Shown here piece after piece: positions 25,846-64,000 of a stretch of DNA of 64,000 nt. The notes below the pieces were generated by a model. It ran no database searches, was not told the origin of the DNA, and saw nothing but the letters and a program-made list of their open reading frames with translations. The stretch spans positions 92,876,001 to 92,940,000 of the forward strand of contig OX597822.1 in the NCBI GenBank assembly GCA_951406725.2, in the 5' to 3' direction. Origin of the DNA: Octopus vulgaris (Eukaryota). Position 1 is the first letter of the stretch, and every line of letters starts with the position of its first letter. Made by a program: the position numbers and the translations under genes.

Positions 25846-28441
25846 TATATGCATACGTGGCTGTGTGGTAAGGAGTTTGCTGCCCAACCACATGGTCTCA
25901 GGATCAGGCCCACTACACGGCACCTTGCACAAATGTCTTCTGCTATAGCTCTGGGCTGACCAAAAGCCTTATGAGTGGATTTGTTAGATGGAAGCAGTGT
26001 GGAAGCCTGTCATTCGTGTGTGTCTGTGTTCTTGTCTTGACATCATGTGTTGATTGTAAAAGCAGTGTCTTTTATTTCCAATCTTCCATGAAAACATACC
26101 TGGTCATGGGAAAGTATTACCTTACTTGGAAACAGATGATGGTTGGTAACATAAAAGGCATTCAGTTCTCGAAAATCTGCCCCAGCGAAAATTATGTCTG
26201 ACCCATACAAGCATGGAAAAGTGGATGTTAAACAGTGATGAAGATATATATTTCAAAATGTGCCTTGTAAAGTATGATACATTACCAAAAGGTATGAGCA
26301 GAGTAGATTAGTTCCACACTTAACTCCTATTCTCAATATGGTTAGACGGTTTTCATAGCTCTCAATAGTCTAGGATGCAGAGTCAGTGCTCTGCATGTAA
26401 GATAAAAGAACTAAAAAATCATGGCTGATATTAATATTTTTTTATTCTGACTGGTCTCGTGCTGGTGGCACGTAAAAAGCACCTTTTGAATGTGATTGTT
26501 GGCTGATTGGTTGCGTGCTGGTGGCATGCAAAAAGCACCATTCGAGCATGGTTGATGCCAAAGCCAGCTAACTGGTTCCGTGCTGGCAGCATGTTAAAAG
26601 CACCATTTGAGCATGGTCGATGCTAGTGCCGGCTGACTGGCTCTTGTGCCGGTGGAGTGTAAAAATCACCCACTACACTCTTGGAGTGGTTGGCGTTAGG
26701 AAGGGCATCCAGCTGTAGAAGCTTTGCCAGATCAGATAGGAGCCTGGTGCAGCCTTCTGGCTTGCCAGCCCTCAGTGAAACTGTCCAACCCATGCCAGCA
26801 TGGAAAACGGACGTTAAACGATGATGATGATGGTGATGGTGGTGGTGGAAGAAGCACTACTGCTTCAAGCACATTGTGTGCCATTGTTTTATTGTATGTA
26901 GTGAGTTCTGAGGTCCACGTTCATCTTATTTGGCTGTTATATTCTTTAGTGATGAGTTCCTTGTCACAGGTACCATTGTAAGATATGTTTTCATTTACCA
27001 GCTTCCCAGGTATCGTTCTTTGTCAGATATAGGAGAAACAGTTAAATCATTAATAGAAATGTTGCTGGTTGTTACGGTGAGAGTCATTGACCACAGTAAT
27101 AAGTGATGTTTTGTAAGTGTGTACAAAAAGAAAAAGGGAAAAAGAAAAAAAGAGCATGTAATTGCATATAGTGGGATCCAGCATAGAACTGTAATTGTTG
27201 TCATGGTGTTTTAGAAAGAAGAAAGGGGAATAAAGAGCAATTTAATATGTTTTAAAAAAAAAAAAATTATTGAAACTGCCCGGTCGAGTGGCGTTCATTT
27301 CATTTTTCAATTCCATCTTTTTCATTGGTTTCCTTTTTTCCCCACTTTGTCCTTGTTTGTCCTGTCTATGTTCGGCCCTGTGTGATCAAATAAAGAAATA
27401 GAGAGTCATTGACACCCCCGTCGGATTGGCCGAAAGGACTATCTGAACTCTTATAAAGATTCACTTATTGGTTGTGACTGAGGAGCCGTAGGAGTCATTG
27501 AGAGTTTGTGGAAGTCATAGGAAGTCTCTGAGATTGTTGAGTGTTTGTATTTAGTGGAGTATCATGTTTAGTCGAGTAATTTGAAGTACATTGTGTGAAG
27601 ACAGATGTGTCTATCCCTGCTTTGTGAAATCTGTATATCCAATGTATAGAAGGATATAAAACTAGTTAATATACAACACCACAGGAAACAATGGATGCCA
27701 CTCAACAACTACGCAGCACAACTTGCAGTACGCATTTTCTACATAAGGGACAAAACACTAAAACTAATGTTGTATACAGACCCAATTCTACACTCGTTTT
27801 AGACTATGTTGTATATCCACCCTCCTGGTACTGTAGAAAATTTTGTAAACCTAATCTTTTATCTTCAACTTGTTTCACACATTGGACTGCAGCTATACTG
27901 GGGCAGCACTTTGAAGGGTTTTAATTGAACAAATTGATCCCCAAATTTATTTTTTTAAGGCCCAGTACTTCTATTCATGTCTTGCTGAACGGTTAAATTA
28001 TAGGGATGTAAAAAAACCAACACTGGTTAGCAACAGGAAAACGAAAAAAGAATCACCTTTGGGCCTATGTTACATGCTTTAATGTCCTGCAAACCTTTTA
28101 CCTGAATATTCATTGTGGATATTGGGGTGAACCTGACATACCTGTATGTCTTTTATGCCACCAAACTTGATACAACCATTCTACCATATGCCTTAATCTG
28201 TTGACAAAAGTTCTGGTTTGTCTTTTGAATAACAGGAATTTCATGTTATTGTTGTCATGTATTTTATACACCTTTAGGTGCGGCTCACTGTGCCCTTTTT
28301 TCTTTTTTTTGATGGGTTTCCTGAGTTTTTTTTTCTGGTTTTCTCCATCTTCCATTCCATCTTCATTATCTCAAGATAGAAGGATTTAAATAATAATAAT
28401 AATAATAGTAGTAGTAGTAATAATACTAATAAATAATGATG

Positions 28442-28473
<32 letters not shown>

Positions 28474-28478
28474 CGATA

Positions 28479-28512
<34 letters not shown>

Positions 28513-28618
28513 GTAATGATACTAATTGAAACAACATAAGCTGTTGTCGTTTTTGTTGTTTTCCCTTTTTATTCTTCATCCTAATTTTCGTTCTTGTCTA
28601 CCATCTCATCTCTCCCAG

Positions 28619-29339
28619 TCACTCTCATTCATTCTTTCACTTTGTCTCTCTCTCTGTTTTTGACTCACTCTGTTACTATGTCTTTCTTTCATTCTTTGCC
28701 ACTCTCTCTCTCTCTTTCCCAATCTTTGTTTTCTGTCTCTTGTCTCCTTCCCGGCTTCATTCATCAACTTGCTTTCTCCCTTATTCTTTCACTCTCTTTT
28801 CCCCATCTCTCTTCTTCTCACTATTTCTCTCACACACCCCTCCTCTCTCTTTCTCTTTCTCATATTGGTTTATTTTCCATATCACTCTCTCTCTCTCTCT
28901 CTTTGTCCTCTTTCTCTCTCTCACTCGTTTTTGTCCTCTCTCTCCCCTTTTTGTTCTCACTCTCTTTCTCTTTGTCCTCTCTCCTTTTTGTCGTCTCTCT
29001 CTACCCTTTTTGTTTTCTCTTTCTTGTCCTCTCTCTCTCTCTCTCTCTCTCTCTCCTTTTTGTCTTCTCTCTCTCCTTTTTGTCTTCTCTCTCTCCTTCT
29101 TGTCCTCTCTCTCTCCTTCTTGTCCTCTCTCTCTCCTTTTTGTCCTCTCTCTCTTTCTCTTTGTCCTCTCTCCTTTTTGTCTTCTCTGTCTCTCCTTTTT
29201 GTCCTCTCTGTCTCTCCTTTTTGTCCTCTCTGTCTCTCCTTTTTGTCCTCTCTGTCTCTCCTTTTTTTCCTCTCTGTCTCTCCTTTTTGTCCCCTCTCTC
29301 TCTCAATGTATATCTCACTCACTCTCACTACTCCCCTAC
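28619..29339 (+). repeat. Long CT-rich tract with minisatellite of about 23 bp (CTCCTTTTTGTCCTCTCTGTCT) upstream of an acceptor
   Basis: Almost purely pyrimidine, with no AG dinucleotide seen between 28619 and the acceptor at 29340. Confidence 0.85.
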
Positions 29340-29341
29340 AG

Positions 29342-58011
<28,670 letters not shown>

Positions 58012-58036
58012 GTAAGTTGTATGTTTGTTTTATATA

Positions 58037-58162
58037 CAGGCTGGTGCAAAAGTAGGCATACAGTTAGGAAAAAAGAATTTGAAGGTGCTAATAATTTTAA
58101 TGAATTAAGTATTATAACATTGATGGGATACTTACTGTATACCTACTTTTGCACCCCTTGTG
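58037..58162. mobile_element. Short Tc1/mariner-type MITE 25 bp downstream of an exon donor
   Basis: TIRs GGTGCAAAAGTAGGCATACAGT / ACTGTATACCTACTTTTGCACC. Confidence 0.72.
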
Positions 58163-58771
58163 TATTAGGTTGGGAAGAAGTCCCATTGCATGGCACCTTG
58201 GGCAGTCCTGGTTTGGGTGCTAACCATTGCTGTTTTTGTTGGGTGTGGTTATAGAAAACTGACTTTTCATCACTTGTGTAGACAGGAAAGGTTCAGTAGC
58301 AAGTCTCCTCTTCCATAATAAGCAGAGGGCCTAAAAGGTTGACTCCAGATGGGCTGTGTAAGTGGTTGGGTTATTAAAGACCCCTTCTGTTCATTGTAGT
58401 TGGGACCACCTTCATCTATTGAGTGGTGGAGGGGATGTAACTGAGTGCTGTTTTGATATATGGTGGCTGCATGCGCAAGGGACGACCCAACCCCCTGCGG
58501 GATGGAAATTAAAGTGATGTGTGTTGATAGTGGAAGTTACCCATAGCAGAGGAAGATTAAGAAAAATACGGATGGCAAAGTCTTTTAGGGGTGGTCGAAT
58601 ATATGGACATTTTGGACGCACAAATGAACTGTGGCAGGATTCTAGGGACATGGCCATGTGATTGACCCTTTAGCATTCAGATTATCGTGTCAAGCGTAAT
58701 GCTTACTTATTCACATTGCTTTGAATTATTCATGTATTTGCTCATAATTTCAAGATTTCAATACTGTGATT

Positions 58772-59260
58772 ATGGTCGATGCCTGACTGGCTCCTGTGCT
58801 GGTGACACCATGTAAAAAGCACCATCCGAATGTGGTCAGTGCCAGTGTGTCTCCCCTCCACTGACTAGCTCCTGTACTGGTGGTGTGTAAAAAGCGACAT
58901 TCGAGCTTGGTCAATGTTAGTGCTGCCTGACTGGCACCCATGCCGGTAGCACATAAAGAGCACCTTTTGAGCGTGACTAGTACCCGTGCTACCTGGCAGG
59001 CACCTGTGCCAGTGGCTCATAAAATGCACCATCTGAATATGGTTGATGCCAGTGCCACCAGACTGGCTCCTGTGCCAGTGGTACATAAAAAGGACTCACT
59101 ACACTTTCGGAGTGGTTGGCGTTAGGAAGGGCATCCAGCTGTAGAAACCTTGCTGGATCAGATTGGAGCCTGGTGTAGCCTTCTGGCTTGCCAGTCCTCA
59201 GTCAAATTGTCCAATCCATGCCAGCATGGAAAGCGGGCGTTAAACAATGATGATGATGAT
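58772..59260 (+). mobile_element. Repeat family C (RTE-like 3' end or SINE) with tandem units of about 60 bp and (GAT)n tail, inserted in a piggyBac MITE
   Basis: Core GGCGTTAGGAAGGGCATCCAGCTGTAGAAA and tail CGTTAAACAATGATGATGAT; copies at 5995, 7590, 16283, 21710, 24085, 26450, 42290, 47075, 48590, 60362, 63255. Confidence 0.75.
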
Positions 59261-59553
59261 AGTTTATTTTCAGAGTGACATTGTAGGCTAGGTGTGAGTA
59301 GCTGGACCTGGCCAGTTTGAACATGAAACTGGTGGAATATTTGGTTCCAGGTATGGCTAGTTTAGAGGCAAAGGGACTAAGGCGCTAATGACAACTTTTC
59401 GGTTGCTAAGCGATCTTCTTAATCATGTGGCCATACCTCTTCCAGGTTCAGTTCCACTGTGTGGCACCTTAGGCAAATGCCTTTTACTGTAGCCCCAGGC
59501 CAGCCCATGCCTTGTCAACAAATCTGCTTGATGGAAACTTTGTGGAAGTCTGT

Positions 59554-59586
<33 letters not shown>

Positions 59587-59607
59587 TAGTTATAGGATTC
59601 TACAGAA

Positions 59608-60107
59608 CAAGGGTGGAGAAACTTCTTAGTGTGGTGGGCAAAAATTTTCAAAGAAAAAGGACTGTGGGTGGGTCAGAAGTTCTAATTCTTATATCTGTGT
59701 AAATCTTGCATATATCTATGTATAATTTGATACACTTTAATAAAAATAAGTTTAAGACATAAACTTAACACATAACATCTTCATTAATGCCGCCACTGAA
59801 TTTAGGACGTTTATATTACCTATGAGATATTCTATGTTTTTCAGCTATAGTGTAGCTGGGTCTCAAAGGGGGTGGTACAAACCTAGCAATATGTGTTTTA
59901 TAGTGAAAACAAAATTTCCGTTCAAATGGCAATTACCAGATGATTAAGTTGTAATGGAAATGAGACCTATGGCGCAAATAGGCATACAAGTATTGTATAA
60001 ATTTTATAATTGAAAAATTTACTATATTTTGTACATACGAATGTACCAGCCTGTGGGCGCAATACAAAGTAAAATTGCACCTACAGGTGGGGATTTCCCC
60101 ACCCCTG
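59608..60107. mobile_element. hAT-like MITE
   Basis: TIRs CAAGGGTGGAGAAA / TTTCCCCACCCCTG; degenerate 8-bp TSD CTACAGAA/CTATCGAA. Confidence 0.65.
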
Positions 60108-60934
60108 CTATCGAACCTAGCCATGTAGAATGCCAGAAATGGCTAGGTACAATAATATAGGGTTCACAGTGAGGTAAAACAACCATGTAGGTATTGAGTG
60201 TTCGTAGGATACTGTAGATATGTTTAGTACCATCAGATCTTTTGGTTTACACGCATGCACACGAGTGTGGATCTCCTTCCCACTGCTTCACAACTGGTGT
60301 TGGTTTGTTTATGTTCCATTTAATTAGTGGTTTGGTGGAAGGGATTGATAGAATAGGTATTCATCATCATCATCGTTTAGCGTCCGCTTTCCATGCTAGC
60401 ATGGGATGGACGGTTCAACTGGGGTCTGGGAAGCCAGAAGGCTGCACCAGGCCCAGTCTGATCTGGCAATGTTTCTACGGCTGGATGCCCTTCCTAACAC
60501 CAACCACTCCATGAGTGTATTAGGCTTAAAAAATATGTACTGCAGTTAGTGTATTTGACTAAACCCTTCCAATCAATGCCCCAACATGGCCGCAGTCCAA
60601 TAACTGAAGCAAGAAAAAATATTAAAGTTACACTGGATTTGCAAGTTGACCTGTCTGAGCCAACAATAATGATATAGGCTTCCAAGTGGTGGTGGTCATT
60701 ATAAACTAAGCTGACCAATGCTAAATCAATAACCACCACTACCAACACGACTAGTACTGGTATCATCATCATAGCCATCATTTGTTACCATGACAACCAC
60801 CTCCAAAATTGTTATATGGGGTAAAAGTGAACAAAGGCGGTTTAAAGTTTCACAGAGCAGAGTCCATCCTGAGAGTAACACTGTTTTGGAAACACAAAGG
60901 TCGAAGATGTTTAATGTTACTGTGTACATGCGCG

Positions 60935-60977
<43 letters not shown>

Positions 60978-61386
60978 CTGCTTGTTTGTGAGTATTTGTA
61001 TGTGTGTGTGAATGTGTTTTTGTAGTTTTCTATTTTGTAATGTGTGTGTGTGTGTGTGTGTGGGTAAGAGAGAAAGAGAGAGAGAGAAGTTCTTACATGC
61101 GTACCTCCACACCCCCACACACACACACATATATGTATATGCACGCCCACCCCTCCATACACATGTACCTTCATACCCACACCCACACATCCCAGTACCA
61201 TTTAGACTTACAAAGATGGCACTGAACACATCAGCTGAATTAGTCTCTTTCCTCCTCAATCCAAACTTCAAGGATATTTTCTTCTCGGAGATCCAGAGAT
61301 TCCCTGTGAAATGTTCAGGTGGGACAACTTTAAGTTTGTATTTATGTGTTGTTTTCTTTGTTTCCTTGTTTTCTTTTGTTGTTGTT

Positions 61387-61588
61387 CAGTTCTATATTTA
61401 AGAGATGATGAATTATTTACATTATTTACATTTGACAGATATTTGTCCTAATCTTGTTTGTTGTTAACACGTTTCGGTTGATATACCCTCCAGCCTTCAT
61501 CAGGTGTCTTGGGGAAATTTCGAACCTGGGTTCTCATTCCTAAGCTAATTTTCAATGTTATTATTCCAAGTTCAATTCCAGGCAGTGA

Positions 61589-61624
<36 letters not shown>

Positions 61625-61692
61625 TAATAATATTAATAATAATATTAATAATAATTGCAGTGAAAATTGCCTTAGGAATGAGAACCCAGGTT
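61387..61692. mobile_element. Penelope-like inverted pLTR fragments, hammerhead at 61466-61508 (-) with 3-nt deletion
   Basis: Same CAGTTCTATATTT terminus and internal sequence as the copies at 1171 and 18929. Confidence 0.75.
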
Positions 61693-62455
61693 TGTTGTTG
61701 TTGTTTAATATTTAAAGATTATCAATTAGCATCGTTGCTCCTTCCCATACACACAATTGTGCCCCTCCTATTCCACCCACTCCCTTATGGCTCCCTCACC
61801 CCACTCATTCCTACCCACCTTGTAACTTTTAGGGTTCACCACCAACACCTAATTATCACTTTTATTGCATTTCTGCTCCGGCTTGGTCGTTTCCATCCTC
61901 TCTTCTAAAAGCACGAGTAGTCATATAGTCGTAGGACAGGTGTGGATGTGTGGTAAGATGTTTGACTCCCAACCACGTGATTCTGGGTTCCGTTCTACAG
62001 CATGGCCCCTTGGGCACGTGTATTCCACTATAGCCTTGGGCTGACCATAGCCTTGTGAGTGGATTTGGTTGACCAAAGAAGCCCATCATGTATCTGTGTG
62101 TCTTTGTGTCTGTGTTTGTACCCCACCACTTGACAACCAGTGTTGGTTTGTTTACGTCCCCGTAAGTTCAGCCAAAGAGGCTGATAAAATAAGTTCTAGG
62201 CTTTAAAAAATATGTAATGGGGTTGATTCATTTGATGAAAAATCCCATAGGGCGGTGCTCCTGCGTGGTCGCAGTCTAATGCTTGAAATGAGTAAAAGAT
62301 AAAATATGTAGCTCCTGTTCTGCTCTGGCCCTTTCTTTTGAAACTTCCCCCAGCATAAAGTTTCCCTCCCCATTCAGGGTTTGTAGCTTTGCCAACTGTG
62401 TTGATGGCACAAAATAAGTACCCAGTCCACTCTGTTAAGTGGTTGGTGTTAGGGA

Positions 62456-62684
62456 GGCGAGCTGGCAGAAACGTTAGCACGACGGGCGAAATGCTTAGCG
62501 GTATTTCGTCTGCCGTTACGTTGTGAGTTCAAATTCCACCGAGGTCGACTTTGCCTTTCATCCTTTCGGGGTCGATAAATTTAGTACCAGTTACGCCCTG
62601 GGGTCGATGTAATCGACTTAATACCTATGTCTGTCCTTGTTTGTCCCCTCTGTGTTTAGCCCCTTGTCGGTAATAAAGAAATAG
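62456..62684 (+). mobile_element. SINE family A, young copy inserted into a family C repeat
   Basis: CpG-rich and near-identical to the 10072 copy; flanks GGTGTTAGGGA/GGTATTAGAGA look like a TSD. Confidence 0.82.
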
Positions 62685-63591
62685 GTATTAGAGAGGTCAC
62701 CCAGGGGTAGAAACCTTGCCAAAGCAGACACTGGAGTACGGATGCAGCCTGTGGGCTGCTAGGATCCTGTCAAACTATGCAACCCATTCCAGCATGAAAC
62801 ATGGATGGTAAATGACAATGACGATGGTGATGGTGATGATGATGATGATGGTGATGATGATGGTGATGATGATGGTGGTGATGATGGTGATGATGATGAT
62901 GATGCAGTTGCAGTAGATGCAGCAGTGACATTGTTTTCAGATTTGTTTCCACAATGAATCCTATTGACTTCTGTCTTTGAGGCTTCCTTAGTTTGGTGTT
63001 GGGGAAAGAGAGGTGTAAGACTAGTGGCTTTCTTTTTGTGTTTCTGTCAGAATATCGAGGAATGCGGAAAGGAAAATAAAGGGACTTGCATGTATGAGGC
63101 ACCGGCTGTCTCTACCAAACTTCCTTGTTAGTATTGGTGGAGAGGGGGAGGTGGTGAGCTGGCAGAATTGTTAACATACTGGACGAAATACTCAGTGGCA
63201 TTTTGTCTGTCTTTACATTGAGTTCAAATTCCACGATGGTTGACTTTGCCTTTTATCATCATCATCATCATCATTTAACATCTGTTGTCCATACTGGCAT
63301 GGGTTGGATGGTTTGATCAGGCTGGTATGCTGGAAGGCTGCATCAGACTCCAGTCTAATTTGGTATGGTTTCCGTGGCTGGATGCCCTTCCTCTTTGAGA
63401 GTGTAATGGGTACTTCCACATGACACTGGCATGGGTGCCATTTGCACGACACCGGGGTGCCTTTATGTGTCACCGGCATGGGTGCCAATTTGCGTGACAC
63501 CGCTATCTGCCACGACTGTGATTTTGCTCGGCTTGATGGGTTTTCTTCCCTAGCGTGATTTAATGCCATAGGTTTTGGTCATTGCTTCTGT

Positions 63592-63833
63592 GAGGCCCAA
63601 CACTTGCCACTTTTCCTCCACAAGCCCAATGCTTGAAAGGAACTCAGCCATTTTACCTCCATGAGACCCAATGCTTGAAAGGAACCCATCTACTTTGCCT
63701 CCATGAGGCCCAATGCTCATAAGGAACTCAGCCACTTTGCCTCTGTGAGGCCCAACACTTGAAAGGAACTCAACCACTTTGCCTCCATGAGGCCCAACAC
63801 TTAAAAGGAACTCAGCCACTTTATCTCTATGAG
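63592..63833. repeat. 42-bp tandem repeat, about 6 units
   Basis: Unit GAGGCCCAACACTTGAAAGGAACTCAGCCACTTTGCCTCCAT. Confidence 0.85.
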
Positions 63834-64000
63834 TCAGTGAAATAAGAACCACTGAAGCACTGCCATCCATTTGCCCCCTCCCCTCAAATTTCAGGCCTTG
63901 AGCCTATAAAAGAAATAATTAGTAAGGTGGTGAGCTCGTTAAACCCTTAGAGCATTGGAAAAAGTGCTTAGTGGTAGTTCTTCTGACTCTTTACATTTGG

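Noticed and set aside
28594-29341. Long Leu/Ser/Phe ORFs (252, 201 and first half of 358 aa) and reverse Glu/Arg ORFs
   Set aside because: These are translations of the CT-rich tract; real coding starts at the acceptor at 29342.
61206-61318. Possible next exon (LTKMALNTSAELVSFLL...)
   Set aside because: The phase-1 frame needed after exon 58011 hits a stop at once, the acceptor is weak, and the expected conserved RLxxAVxxLL helix is absent.
63051-63131. Possible exon after TTTCTGTCAG
   Set aside because: It has a stop in the required frame and no convincing donor.
63550-63870. 106-aa ORF of 14-aa repeats, or a CRISPR-like array
   Set aside because: It is a 42-bp tandem repeat with no unique spacers, no cas genes and no splice support, in eukaryotic context.

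Overview
This is AT-rich, microsatellite-dense animal genomic DNA. The repeat families look like those of an octopus/coleoid cephalopod, which is inferred rather than proven. The window lies inside one large + strand gene encoding a pericentrin/AKAP9 (CG-NAP)-like centrosomal coiled-coil protein. Ten phase-compatible GT-AG exons between 29342 and 58011 give about 1040 codons with no stops, and a probable further exon lies at 3976-4104. The gene continues past the right edge and its start is not established. Introns are filled with tRNA-derived SINEs, RTE-like 3' ends, Tc1/mariner, pogo, hAT and piggyBac MITEs, an L1/Tx1 fragment and Penelope-like element (PLE) pieces. The most striking non-coding signal is a set of minimal hammerhead-ribozyme motifs from at least four or five sequence families, mostly inside inverted-repeat structures. 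One family joins the end of a PLE endonuclease ORF to a tRNA-derived Pol III promoter followed by a hammerhead. Splicing oddities include exons that begin with 5'-splice-site-like sequence, a 720-nt AG-free pyrimidine tract and a (CAG)8 acceptor. Most ORF-track entries are spurious repeat translations.
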